Of a stretch of 64,000 nt of DNA, positions 48,760-61,149 are shown in pieces. The stretch spans positions 62,001 to 126,000 of the forward strand of contig JAYWIR010000050.1 in assembly GCA_036172245.1 (NCBI GenBank), read 5' to 3'. Every line of letters begins with the position of its first letter. The first letter of the stretch is position 1. A program made the position numbers and the translations under genes. The notes under the pieces are model-generated. The model saw nothing but the letters and a program-made list of their open reading frames with translations. It ran no database searches and was not told the DNA's origin. The stretch is from Raillietiella orientalis. Taxonomy: Eukaryota.

Positions 48760-49800
48760 GGTCGACGTGTACATTGGAGGAGGGGACAATCCCCATTTAC
48801 TCTATAAGGTAGGCAATCTCTATTCCCCGGAGAGCGCTCGTGCCTTCTTTAAGGAGCTGAGAGCCTTTGGCGTACCGAAGGAACAGCTGAGGGCTATGAC
48901 CATAAGAAGTGGAGAGTAGTTCGTAGAGGTGATCTTCAAGATAGCAGATCTTGCTGAAAGTCTGCTACATACCCTTTTGCGGATGGGCAAACGTCGGCTC
49001 TTACAGATGACAGAGCACCGCTCTATAATGGTCCATCTGTTAGGTGTTACCATACAAATGCTCAAGTAGGACGTCCGCGCTAAGTTCGCAAAAGTAAATG
49101 CGGCTCACGAGATGTGGAGGAAATCATCTTCATTCGTGGATCATGCGAGGATAATGGGCCGCGAAGGCTGTACCTTACGCCACAAGATGGAAGTAGCCAG
49201 CAAAGCCGTTAACTTCTGATATGTGGCCTATGATATGATATGTTAACTTATTACGGCGGCCATTGTAACACGCCGGATCATTTTGAAAAGAGGTGTCCGC
49301 ACGTGCAACGCCAGCAATGCAAAGAAGCAGGGCACACTGGTCAGGTGTGCCAACAAAATCAAGTCCGCTTGCGACCTCAAGGAATGCAAAGATACGCGCG
49401 CCAACAAAAAATAAAAAAATTAGTAGCACGAGCCGCTGGTAAGGACGCGACTATCGCGCTCAAGGCAAAGGTCAACTCCGTGACCTTTGCCTGCGCCAAA
49501 CGTCGAGTAGGTCAAGGACGACATCCAGGAAGTTGGATGGCATGTACTCGAGTGCAACAGGTAGAAAAACATCGGAAAAAAAGAAAATAAAATCGCGAAA
49601 CGCAGCGATAAACAGCGCGAGCAACTCAAACTGTGCCACGCAGTAATCCAACGCGTCGCCGCCATCGACGAGGTTGGCACCCCTGCAATTGCTGCTGCCA
49701 ACGAGCAACCCATCGTTGGCATGTTTTTCTTTTTTTCGGACATATTTATTTCTTTTTGGCATATTTTTATTTCGGCACTTTGAATACATGTTTTCACTTG
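48760..49800 (+). mobile_element. Decayed gag-like ORF1
   Basis: YKVGNLY, GHCNTPDHFEKRCP, QQCKEAGHTGQVC; homologous to the 18108 ORF. Confidence 0.78.
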
Positions 49801-50149
49801 CATAGAGTAATATTTGGTAACAATCTAAAGTCTGTCAATACAGACTTAGATACTCTTAGATGACTATTTGACAAATTTTCGATGGATTTTTTTTTTTTGT
49901 ATTTTTCCATCAACAGTCTAGTGTCATTAGATCCACTGATATTTTGTTGAGAGTGAGAACCACTGGCACTTCTATAGTAAAAGGGAAAAGTTCCATCCAC
50001 GAGGAGGGAACTCAGAGAGAAGCTCGGAAAGCTGAGCCTTGTCCAAGTAGGGTAGTGATGTCATTGGGATTTTCATCATGAACGATTACAGGGGTCGGTT
50101 CATGGACAGCATGGGTGTGGCAGTAGATCCAAGTTTAAGCAATGTTTGC

Positions 50150-52050
50150 ATTTATTCCCATTGTGAAGACGTGGTGGCAGTAAATATCACTGGAAAATTT
50201 AATGGTGGCGTAGCATAAATCGGTCGCCACATCTCTTAGGGTATGATTGTTTACTCCTAGCTATTTCAGAAGATTGTGATTGATGGGGTACCAGCATCCT
50301 ACAGCACCAAGGATAATAGCGTCAATGATCACTTTCAAATCCTTGTTTCATAACGAATTTTGCAGTCCGGAGTATTCTGTGATTTCATTCTCTGTGGCTC
50401 CTTTGAGAGCAATGGGACGATCCTCGAATGGAACCACGAAATCTATGATGATCGCTGTAGATCCATCACGCAAGATGCTGGCACGTAGGAAAGAGTCCAC
50501 TGTCTCAATTCTCTTGTCCAGAGATGAAATTGGCCACGAAGGGGACAGTAACGAAAAATGTAATCCGCTACGTAGTCGTGGCTTTTGGTAATGGAGGAGC
50601 TTAAAGGGTAGGTACAGTGACACAATACATACGCTAATGTTTCTTTTTCATATCACTTATCAATGAGGAAGGAACGTCAACGAATTCCCTTCGACACTAA
50701 CTGGTTCAATAGTGCTCTGTGGATAAATCATCAATCGGAAAAGCATACACCATCGTATAGCGAATGGAAGGCCATAAACGCAGCATGAAGGCTTCCGCAT
50801 TCCATTACTGCACTCTCACCGCGCTTCACAAAAAGAGATTTGCATCTTTCCTCTCTGAGGAAGAAGCTAATGTTTCTCGCTATTTGCGTCCTATGAGATA
50901 CCGACAGAATTTCAGAGTTTTCAGTGCGAGTAGAGTCGACCGAAATCGTGATGCACTTCTCCTCAAAACCGCCTTTGAATGGAAGATCTTTGGATACATC
51001 TCTGGCCTCGGACCTCAATGACTGCAGATCACCACTCATGCGATTCAGGGGTTCCACACAACACCCATTGAAAAAACCGGGTAATAAGGATAAGGTCACG
51101 ATAAGTATGGCTGTATCGCTTCACAGCGTCTGACAACGTCATCATTGCTAGGTGGGCGACTATGCCGACTGGGCAAGAAGGAAAGGAATTCTGAAGGCGG
51201 AATTTACTGTCATAAAAAGCTCTTCCTCGATGAGAAGCATCAAGCAAAGGCAGCCATCTCTTGTTTTACCAGAGAGACATTCGTTCGATGATCCTCCTGT
51301 GAGGAGGAGCATAGACTGCTTCAGGACATCCTTAGAGATTTTGTCGAGCCTGCCAATGAGCTCGATGAGGAAAGTCGTAATCTTCATAACAAGTCGAAGG
51401 GCAAGAACAAGAAAGAAAGAAGGAAGCATTTAATAGCATCTACTTTTTGCTATGATGCAAGAGGGGAGTCAGTTACAATTTTGAATGAACCAATGAACGA
51501 TACTCCATCACCGTCATAAAAGAGAGGCACCAATCCTATAGGGCTACCAAAATATTTGTGCGTCTCTGGGTGCAAAAGAGGTGGAATTTGCGAACCAAAT
51601 ACGCATGAAGGACTGGAAAGAAGCTGAGGTGCAGAAGCAAAGAAATGAGATCCACATTTTCTCGGATTCAGATCTACTTGATTCATATGGTCAGCAAGAA
51701 GGATTACTGCTATTAGAATAGAGTCAAGTGAGCCCGACGTTCATGCAATGTCATCTGCACGTGCAAGAGGAGTACTAATGAGGCATTCCACTACTAACAG
51801 TTCCTGAAAAGGTTCAAGAGCGATATTGAAAATTAGTCCACTCAGTGGACAAACTTGGCGAACACCTGCAATTGGTGAGACCTTCCTTACTAGCGATGAA
51901 GGTAAGGAACTTCAAAGAAAGATCGGCTATGATGGAGCAGAAATGGTCCTCAGCTGCAAATGCCGATGGAGAATTCAGTATTCAGCTATGCGCAATCGAC
52001 GTGAATGCATCTTCAGTATCAATCCATACAATTGCCAAATCTTTATGATG
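50150..52050 (-). mobile_element. Degenerate RLE-type (NeSL/Utopia-like) retrotransposon, second copy
   Basis: ETLAYVLCHC, IIDFVVPFEDR, IILGAVGCWYP, TIKFSSDIYCHH. Confidence 0.8.
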
Positions 52051-52539
52051 AACTCCCGAATGCTCGATGGACGAAGCGAGGACAAGGTCTCGTTCGGGAG
52101 CACCATCGGATAAGGGGAAACCTTTTTGGTGGGGACGTAATATGCCATTCCAGCTGGTCCATGATCGCAGTCGAGGGACCAGGATTTTTGAAAACTGCTC
52201 ACCTATGGTATTGGAACTAAAAATATGTGCGAATTTTGAGATGTTTAGGGGATCGGATAATCGTCATTTAGCAATGAGCACCGTTCTTCATGATGTTCAA
52301 TCATCTCCAATTCTGTAATGGTGCAAACAAGCAGAGAATAAAGAATCAACACCACAACCGTCTGGATCTGCACGCCAAAGTACAGAATACAGAATTCCGT
52401 CACTCATGTATGCGCTATCAGTACATGCACTGTTAAAGGATTTTCAGAGGGCAGCGACGTATTCTGATCAGTGGACAAGAGGAGATGGAAGCGGACCTGC
52501 TCAAGGCAAACCAAATTTCCAGGGATTTGAACAAGCAGT

Positions 52540-54240
52540 GCGGACGTGTTTTTCGGCCGCCCTCGAAGTCGCGCCTTCTCTTGCTTCATCTTGGTGTTGT
52601 GCATCCGAAAGGAAATGTCAACCCCATCTGAAGCCGAGGAAGTTGTAGAAGAAACGCGTGGATCTGCAGTCGCGGAACGCACGGCCGCCTACATTTTGTC
52701 TTCCTCGCCAGCGGCGAGAAGTTTCGCTGACGTCACTGCGGCCGCAGCTGTCAAAGAGGGACCTCTCGTTGAAGCAGAGTAGCATGTTTACGAAGCCGAG
52801 GCTACCACTTAGCACTTCGTTATCAGGTGAGTATGTTTCTTTCTGCTCTGGACGGGGGTCAAGTCAACGACGAATTCATCCGCATACGCTAGAGGGAGGA
52901 CAACCTTTTCGCAATACTGCCCGTTGAGGGCTTAGGATACTTCAATTTGCGATGCAATGACGCGGCACTGGTGCAGCGCTTGCTTCGTACCACAGTGTCC
53001 ATCCGTGGCAAGAAGGTTTTTTCGGACCCATGGATGATTCTTTCGTTGTAAAGATGTGAGACCTAGAGTCGGACTTCTCAGACCGCGGCCCAAGAAAGGC
53101 GCTGGCAAAGTTCGTCACCTTCCATGCTCTGTGCACCTTCAAGGACTTTCGGTCTCTACACAGCAGAATCGCCGCGGGTCACCATGGCGAACCGCCTATC
53201 GCTATTTGCGAGTCTAAGGGTGAACGATGCGGTCATTCACCCGTGGTACGCAGAAGAGGAGAGCGCTTGCAAGCATTGCGGTGAAGAGGAGCATCGCAAC
53301 GAAAAATTCCCCCCAGGTTAATGCCGATATTGCAAGATGTCCGGAAAAGACTTGAGGAAGTGTCCGTAACTTGCTAGCAAAAGTGCCGCCATAAAAGTGA
53401 AACGCGGTAAAGAGATTGCGGAAAAAATAAAGAACGCCCCGAAAACTGCAAAGGACGCTCGGAAGGAATCCCGCAGGAAGCGGAACAAAATTCTCAGAAG
53501 GGGTCACCGTGCTCTCCTGCGGTGTGCGTGCCGAGGATTGCGCGACAGAAAAGCGGCGGAGAAACACGCGGAACGACCCCGAACGTCCACCAAATCTCGC
53601 GGGGAAAAAGCAGGGAAGCCCGGCGCAACGGCAGAGCAAGCAGAAGTCGAAGAGACCACGGTGCACACGAAATTAAAAGGGCAGCACCGTAGTAACGGGA
53701 GAACTGCTACTGGCGGTGCGTCACACCGCAGGGAAAACGGAGTGCAGCATGGGCGGCCGTCAAGGGATGACCTTCCGGAAGCTCCCTTCCCGCGTCGCCA
53801 TGGTCAAAGTAGGCGAAGGAATGGGAGCAGCTCCCGTAGACGCCCGACTCCCAGGAGGCGCTTTCTGCGCGCTCTTTGAGGAGCCTCGGGTGGAAGCCAA
53901 GTGGAACTGAAAAACATCAAGATGTACATTGAAACAGAGGGCCTTCCATCCGCCATGACCTTTAGGGACTCCGTCGCGGATGTGATCGCACTCTACGACG
54001 GCACCTTCGACGACCGTCTGAGCGAAGAACAGGGAAACACACACAGCCGGCCGCGCGGCCGCGGAATCCGTTATGCCACAAAGCGTTTTGGGTTCGAATC
54101 TCCACGTGCAGCATACATGCGGATAAATAGGTGCCTCAAGGATTTCCTGGAAGGGAGCGTGCGAACTGTGGAAAAGTTCTCAGGAGTCCCTCAGAGCTGC
54201 TTTCCTGACACCGAGGAGCAGCGTTCGGACTCATAGCGAT
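52540..54240 (+). mobile_element. Tx1-like 5' end and decayed ORF1
   Basis: GCGGACGTGTTTT at 52540; RSFADVTAAAA, ALRYQV, CKHCGEEEH, CRYCK. Confidence 0.75.
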
Positions 54241-54479
54241 CTGAAGTGACATTCCGAACAAGCGGACCCGTCCACAGAAGAAACGGTTCGCAGGCTATGA
54301 GCCGCTCCTTGACGTTTGAAGTCATAAATACCAAAGAATGTATGCATCTGGCAGCAAAAGCTGGCAATGACCACTAGCCTCCACGATCGAGCACGCCTCA
54401 GGCAGTCAGCAGCCCTCCGACCTCCCCGTTTTTCCCCTTTCCGACATGCAGTGTGGTAAATCAATTTTCAACATCTTTT

Positions 54480-56105
54480 TATGAAAGTGTTCTGTATGGT
54501 CACTAGTTCTAAGATCTCACTTTCAAGATTAGTCTTCGGGCATCAGGTCATTAAGATTGCGTGAAGAATTCACTCACTAAACTATGTTTCTTAATCCTTC
54601 GCAGGGTGTAAGAGAACCTCAAAGTGCTGCACAACTTCCTATGGCTATTTCCTTCTTAAATGGACCTTTCACTATTTCCACAGCTGGCGCACATTAGGGT
54701 CCTCATTTTTGCTCTTCTCACCACGATGCTCGTTATAAAGAGGGCGACGTTGACTCGGACCATTGGGTTCTATCGAGGAACAGCGCCGTTCCCTTCAAAC
54801 ATCTCTGCCAAGGTCTCCATCTTGTGTATCCTCTGCAGGCCTGTCACCTCCTTCCGCTTCGCCCAGTCCTGGAGCGGCGTCTAGCAAGTGATGATGTATA
54901 GTTGGGTTTCCCTGGCTCAACCGGCCTTGCATAGCTCGTCTTGCGCCTTCCCTGACCAGTGCCTTGTCCTCGTGCACCTCAGGATGCCTCCGTGATAACA
55001 CATCAGGAGATCATCTTGAGTGATGAGTGTCAAATCGCTTGTTCAGCCCGTGGTTCCAGCCGAAAGAAGGTTCACCTCCCTGCACGCGTAGCGGCTGACC
55101 GCCACAGACAGAGAGTCGTGGTCGTCTGGAATCTTCGTCATTGCGTCTCGGATATTTCCTCTGAGGATCAGGCGCCATCATTCGGATTCAGGATTTCTTC
55201 AGAGTTCCCGATATTGTAAGTAAATCTTCTCATTATTTTCTTAATGAGGCGTCACAGTCGCATTTTCCTGCGATCGTCATTGGTCTCAAACTGTCCGCAG
55301 TCCTTCATGGTCATCTTTGGCCTGTCCAAAAACCACTTTTGGGTGTCCCGAAGGACGCGCGGGAAGCATGGGATGATATTCACTAGTTCGTCTTTCCATA
55401 TGTTTTCACTTCTAGGCACTATTTTAAGATCGTGGATGTTCACCAGTGCCTGTTCGCGTTCCCAAGTGGAATCGATGTTCCCCTCCTGTCCGTCTCTTCC
55501 TAATATTGACAGATCTCAGACCTCCCGAATTGCTGAACAGCTGCGAGTGGGCTCCCTGCTCCGCCGCACACGTACACTCGTCCCATTTGGTGGCCAGATT
55601 CAGGATTTATCACACGTCCAGCAGATCCACGCATCGCTGGAGCGGTTTCATCCCGGTGCCGCCTTTGTCTCGCGGTCGTTACAGCAGTTTTAGCCTTACC
55701 CGCGGCTTAAGCTCTTTCCAAAGTATTTTTTGCTGCAGTTCCACTCCTCGCTGGTTGCTTCGTCCAGTCGGCATAAGGCCTCCCTGAAGAGTACCATGGG
55801 AAGGAGGATACATTTCCAAAGGCTTCTCCTCTGCTTCAAACAAACGTCGACTGAAACGAAGTTTGCAGCCGCCTCTCTCGTTTATCCCAGGATTTATTTC
55901 CACGTGCGTTGCAAAGCCGAGGCTTCACCAATGTGGATTCCCAGGTACGTGATGTCGTCCACCAATCACAATCCTGTCTCCGTTAAGGTGGAAAGGTCCA
56001 GAATTCCGATGGGCAATTGCAGACCTCTTTCCATGGACTTGAGCAGCATCGAGGACCGCTTACTGTTGCCTCTCTCCATTAAGGAAGAAAAGGAGATCGT
56101 CGGCA
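54480..56105 (-). mobile_element. Second L1-like family, RT C-terminal half to 3' end
   Basis: ADDLLFFL, YLGIHIG, RPRDKGG; continues past the point where the left-arm copy stops. Confidence 0.72.
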
Positions 56106-56812
56106 ACGCGCCAAGTCTGCAGCCGAAGCCGAGTGGCGCGTGGCGAGCGAAATGGAGTATAAGGAAAGAAAAGGATCGCTGGTAGCCGTGGTGAAAGGGC
56201 AACAGTCAGTGGGCAGCATCCCCGATGGCATTCTCTCTTGGACGACGACAGGACGTTGCAGTCCGCGGGAAGGCGACCGCCGCTTGCGTGTTGCCGCACC
56301 CTCAGCAGCAACACACGGCGCTGCCACGCACTCACGGATAAGTGGGTGCCTCAACGCGCCTCTTCGTGTACAGAAGAGTACGCCGCCGCGTGCGAACACA
56401 CGTGACGGCCTCACGCATCCTAGGCGAGTGCACCTTTTGGTGAGCGCGTCGAAGATACTGGAGTCCACCGCGGCGGGTGCAGAAAGGATGGAGCGTCCGG
56501 CAAGCGGAACGCTTCAAGCAGGCGAATTGCCTGCGAGAAAAAAACCAAAAGTGCACGCATAGGCTCCTTGCTCCGGGAAGGCAACAGCAAAAGGAGCTTC
56601 GGAGTGCGTGCCAGGGATCGATCAAACCGATCGATCAATCTTCCACCCCCATCCTCCTCATCTTTCCGTTCCCTGGGTGCCCCTCGTTTCCCCGCACCCG
56701 CTTTCGTTCCATCGGGCGGGGAACACTTTCCGGCCGTTCCACGAGACGCGGGAAGCAGGAACGCAAGGCCCTTAGATCCCACAGGCACTTTGCGCTTCCG
56801 CTTGCGTATTTT

Positions 56813-56858
56813 CGACGCCTCCTTGACACTGGGCCGGCCCAGTGTCAAGGAGGCGTCG
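56813..56858. repeat. Perfect 46-bp palindrome, second copy
   Basis: Identical to 10685-10730. Confidence 0.97.
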
Positions 56859-57504
56859 CTCCTGCCCGCAACGGGGGCCGGGCAACGCAGGAGCAGCAAC
56901 TGTGGTTCCGCTATTTCCCCTCTTTCCATCCCATCCATCTTCAGTGAGCGGTGTTTCTTGCACCGACCGCACCCTGCTACTTGGAATCAGCTCATCGGCG
57001 ACTACCTCCAGCAGACTGACCCTTGCCGCGACATCGCAACATTTTGATGATCCTCGAAAGGAAAGTTTATTTAGGAACGCCCTCGCGCCATATCCGCCGC
57101 GGCTCCTTCGGGCGCTCCACACCATGAGGAGGGGTCGGTTGCCAGTGAGGAAAGGCTGCAAGAGCGGTCCGCCCCCGTTCGAGAGCCCCCGTCTTGGCGC
57201 CGACTTTTGGTGGACTTGAATGGGCGCGGGCAGCTGTTCTGGGAAACGACAGTCAAAGAGATCGCGCTGCTCCGCCGGTGGAAAGACCGGAATGGGGAGT
57301 GGAGTCGTGACACGCACCTGCGCCTGCGAGGCGCCGGGAAGAGGAGGCAGTGCCCAGGAAAATCATCTGCGAGGCGAACTCTGCCGGGCATTCGCCTTCT
57401 TCCTTTCACTCCTCCTACTCTTTTTCTTCCAATTCCTCCTCGTCTTTCTCCTTTCCCTCTTGTCGTTTCCAAGGCCCCCGTTCCCTGGAAACGCACCGGA
57501 AAAT

Positions 57505-59286
57505 TCACGGCCTGCGGAACATGTCGTGGAGTAGCTGGAAGCACGCTGGACCAATCCTGTAGGCGTAGCACAACGGGTCACGGCTTTTTGGTATCTCGGC
57601 AGTCATCCGTTGGCTTCCCAAAGCGCAGCTGGTGGTGACTCCACCAACCGTCCTGGTGGCGTGCTTTTTAATCATGAAGACTGCCTCCTGCTTCCCTGGG
57701 GAGCCCTCCACCGCACGGATCATCACCACCTTACTGGTAGTGTGGGCGTAAAAGCGCTCCTGCTCGCGAGATCCGTCCGATTTTGGGGGTTCGGCGTCGG
57801 CGTCCTCTTTCGGACGACGGGGACAGGCAGGCACGCAGGAAACAGCGCAGCAAGGCGAGGGAAGGCAGACGGGAGCGAAAGCCGCCAACCTTTCGTCCCC
57901 GTCCGCATCCTGCTCACCCTCATGGATTTCAGTCACCAGGTCTTCTTCTCCCTGGTTCTCAGTCACCAGGTGTTCTTCTTCCGGGTTCTCTGTCGCCAGG
58001 TCTTCTTCTTCAGGGTTATCAGTCACCAGGTTCTGTTTTCCCGGGTTCTCAGTCACCAACTCTTCTACTTCCGGCTCCATTTGCTCCCGTGCTGCGCTGC
58101 CTGGCGACTGCGTCGGGTCGCTCTCCTCCAGGAACTCGGCAGCGAGGATCAACATGTGCGTGGCGGTCGCCAGCTCTTCTTTCTGCTCCCTCCTCGCTTG
58201 CTGGCTTAGCCGGTAGAGCCCCTGGAAAAAGGTGGGTGTAGGAAAGCAGGAGGACGCGAGGCGGACATCCGGGCCTGCCTGCCCCATCCTCGGTAGTTCC
58301 GAGGCCCGGCGGCAAGCGAAGAGGACGGGACGTACCTGGTAGTGGTGGGCCTGTCGAAGCGCCTCTCGGTACTGTTGCCGCAGCCGCAAGTTGTCCTCCA
58401 CTAGTGCGGAGACTTTTCCGGGCTGCCCCCCGACGTAGGGGAGGGCGCTACCAACGGCGCGAAACGTCTCTGCATCAGTCCGCTCGGCCTCCGGGCGAGC
58501 ATCCGTCTTCTGCAACAAACAGCCATGCGGGAGGGAGATGAGGGAAGAAGGAGGCGCCGGGCCGGCTCAACCCTGCAAAATGCGCGCCCGGACGAGCGCG
58601 CTTCGGCACGGCAGACGTCGCCTTTTCGCAGCTGCCGCTGGAAAGCGGCTGCGCCTGCAAATCCTGGGGCTCCCTCTCTCTTTGTCTTATCTGGTGTGGT
58701 CGAATGTCGGGCAACGGGTTTCACATGCTGTACCTCTCTCGGCTCCTGGCGTCTTCATCAGGTGACGGCGGAGAGGCGTCTTCCGCGTGTAGACAACGCG
58801 CGCGCGCTCACGCACCATGCAACACCGACGGCGTTCGGAGCGCCTCGGGAAACAAAGCTACGAATGCAAGTAAGGCGCGACGCATGTCGCGAGGGGTCTC
58901 CCGGGGGGCCACTGAGCAGAGAGGAAATGGAAAAGGCCCCCTCCTTTCCCTCGTCGCCTCCGGTTCGAGGCGATATGACGCCGAGGGTGGCGTCGCGGGC
59001 GTTAGTGACGCCCGCGGCTACAGCGAGAGCAGTAGCGGCTCCGGGCGCTACCCCTCCATCCCCAAAACCTCCCCCACACTCCTCACGTTTATTTCGAACA
59101 GGTGCGCGGAAAGCGGTCGCGAACCAAACGACCGGAGCAGCGGGAGAAGCAAAACGGACTTACCTTTCCTGCAGTGTGTTGCTTCTTTCTGATCCTCTCC
59201 CGCAGGAGGAGACATCCTGCGCCAGCCGCCGCCAGGGCTGGCAGCAGGAGCCAGTGAGGGCGCATCCACGCCTTGAATGCCGTCAT
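57505..59286 (-). CDS. Spliced gene of unknown function with EDLVTENP repeats (copy 2)
   Basis: Paralog of 8275-10041; ATG, GTAAGT donor, internal splice sites and open frame retained. Confidence 0.5.
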
Positions 59287-61149
59287 TCGGGTTTCTCTCT
59301 CCGCTAAAAACTTCCGTTGCTCCTTCTGTTGCCCTTCTTCTCCTCGCGAAACAGGGACTCCAAAGTAGGAACAACAGGGACGATGGGGGACTATTTTGAC
59401 TAACAATGGTCCGTTGCTACGAGACCGCCGCTGGCCTTCCTCCGCTTTCTTTTCTTCCGTCCAGCCTCGGCTGCCTCCTCGCCACTCCGCCCCATTCAGA
59501 CCCCACTGCCAGGCCGTCGCCCTTTCGCCGCTGCACGTGTCGCTCGGTAGTCGGTCATAGGACGCGGCGTCGAAGGGGAGCTTCATCGAGTCCCTGGAAT
59601 GAAGTCGTTCCACTGCGAGACAACCGACATTTGCACGTGCCGTTACGTGACTCTTACGACGCACTCAACCTCACACTTTCTCCAATATACCACGGACGTG
59701 GTCGATCCGCCTTGCGTCGCTCCAAACCTCAAGCCGATCAACCAGGTGCGCACATCTCGCCAGTCCCTCTCTTCTTCCACGCTCCGGGCTTGGATGACGG
59801 CGCACTGCAGCTTCCCACCTGCACTCCCGTCTGTTCGTCGAGGCAGTCTCCTCCTTGCCAGCAGTATCCCCAACTCGAGGACAAACCGGAAACTCGTGAG
59901 CCCAGAAACCATCAACTCCCACACCCAGTCTTCGATTTGCCCGTTCCCGCGCGCAGCCCCGCTCCGACCACTTCTTTCGCGGCAACGCCTGCCCACCATG
60001 CACCGAGCCCACCGGCCATGCTACTCTTCCCACCAGAGTGTCATATGCGCTCTGCGCAGGGAACTGGCGGAAGACCGGCGTCAGCAGCAAGCAAAGGAAA
60101 CGGCAGCTGCCACCAAAAAGCCAGAACGAAGGCGAAGCACGCCGGCCGATGGCGCGATCCTTCCGCCGATCCAGCGCCGCTCATCCCCTGCGAAGCGCCA
60201 GCAACGAACCGAAGGTGATCGGTGCGGCAGTTGGGGATGCTGGCAGGCGGACCGAAGTCAGAATGCTTGTCGACCGCTGGAGAACTGACCCGTTCTGCAG
60301 CAGACCCGTCGCTCCAGAGATCTCCAATCCTTCACTTCCCGCTTTTCTCTTTCTCGCGCGTCTTCTCCCCACGTATACGTGACCCTCAGTCGATCAACAG
60401 TCCCTCAAGGTGGGAGGGATTCTGCTGGATGACAATGAACTGCAGCCATCCCCGACAAGAGTGGGTCTGGGGAGCGGCGATCGCGTCCCGAGTCGGATCG
60501 TCGAGATATTCCGAGGCGTCGGTCTGGCGCGCCGCATCCGGCTCGGAGCCCGCGGCGGCTGACCTTTCCTGATGCGCAACGGAGAAAGGAGATGGAGGGC
60601 ACCGTTGCATTGACATTTCCGCATACTAAGATGGGCGTTTCAAGAGACATGGGGAACGTCTCCCTTAACGAGCGCGCGTGCGCCAGGTTTTGAACCCGCG
60701 TGCTCAGCACGCGGTCCTGACTATTCCGAGCTCCCGCAAAGAGTAAACCCGTGGTGGGCCGAGCGATCTCGGACTCCACCCTTCTTCCGAGACGCTCTCA
60801 CCCTTGAGTGTCCCTCTGATTGCTGATTTTTCGTCACAGTCCACTCACGCAACCGGGATCGCCCAAGCGCCGTCGCGGCGATTTTTTTTAGCTCTCTGCC
60901 CGGCAGTCTTGCACCAGAAGATGCTTGGGGATCGCTTGCTTTGCGATCGCCCCTTGATTGCTTGGCTCTGTTTCCTGTCGAAACCCTCGACGCATGCACG
61001 AAAGAGGTCGCGCCGTTCCATCGCCTCCAAGAAGCGCCACGCCACCAAGGTCGCGATGCGTGCACTCAGTTCCTTTCGATCCAGACGCACGTCCTGGGAG
61101 GAACCCTGCCCGGGACTGTTGGTAGGATAGGAGCGGCAGCTTTCGAAAC

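Larger units (their letters stand above)
50773..60597. repeat. Inverted duplication, right arm
   Basis: 50773-52884 = rc(35680-37789); 55259-56105 = rc(34821-35675); 56099-60597 = rc(6965-11444). Confidence 0.97.

Noticed and set aside
49881..49911. GATGGA...TCCATC hairpin with a T-run resembling a terminator
   Set aside because: Short stem around low-complexity sequence in a eukaryotic transposon flank; likely chance.
36000..52500. U2 snRNA target remnants next to the RLE or Tx1 elements
   Set aside because: I found no U2 sequence by eye at any element boundary, so the Utopia/Keno target cannot be claimed.
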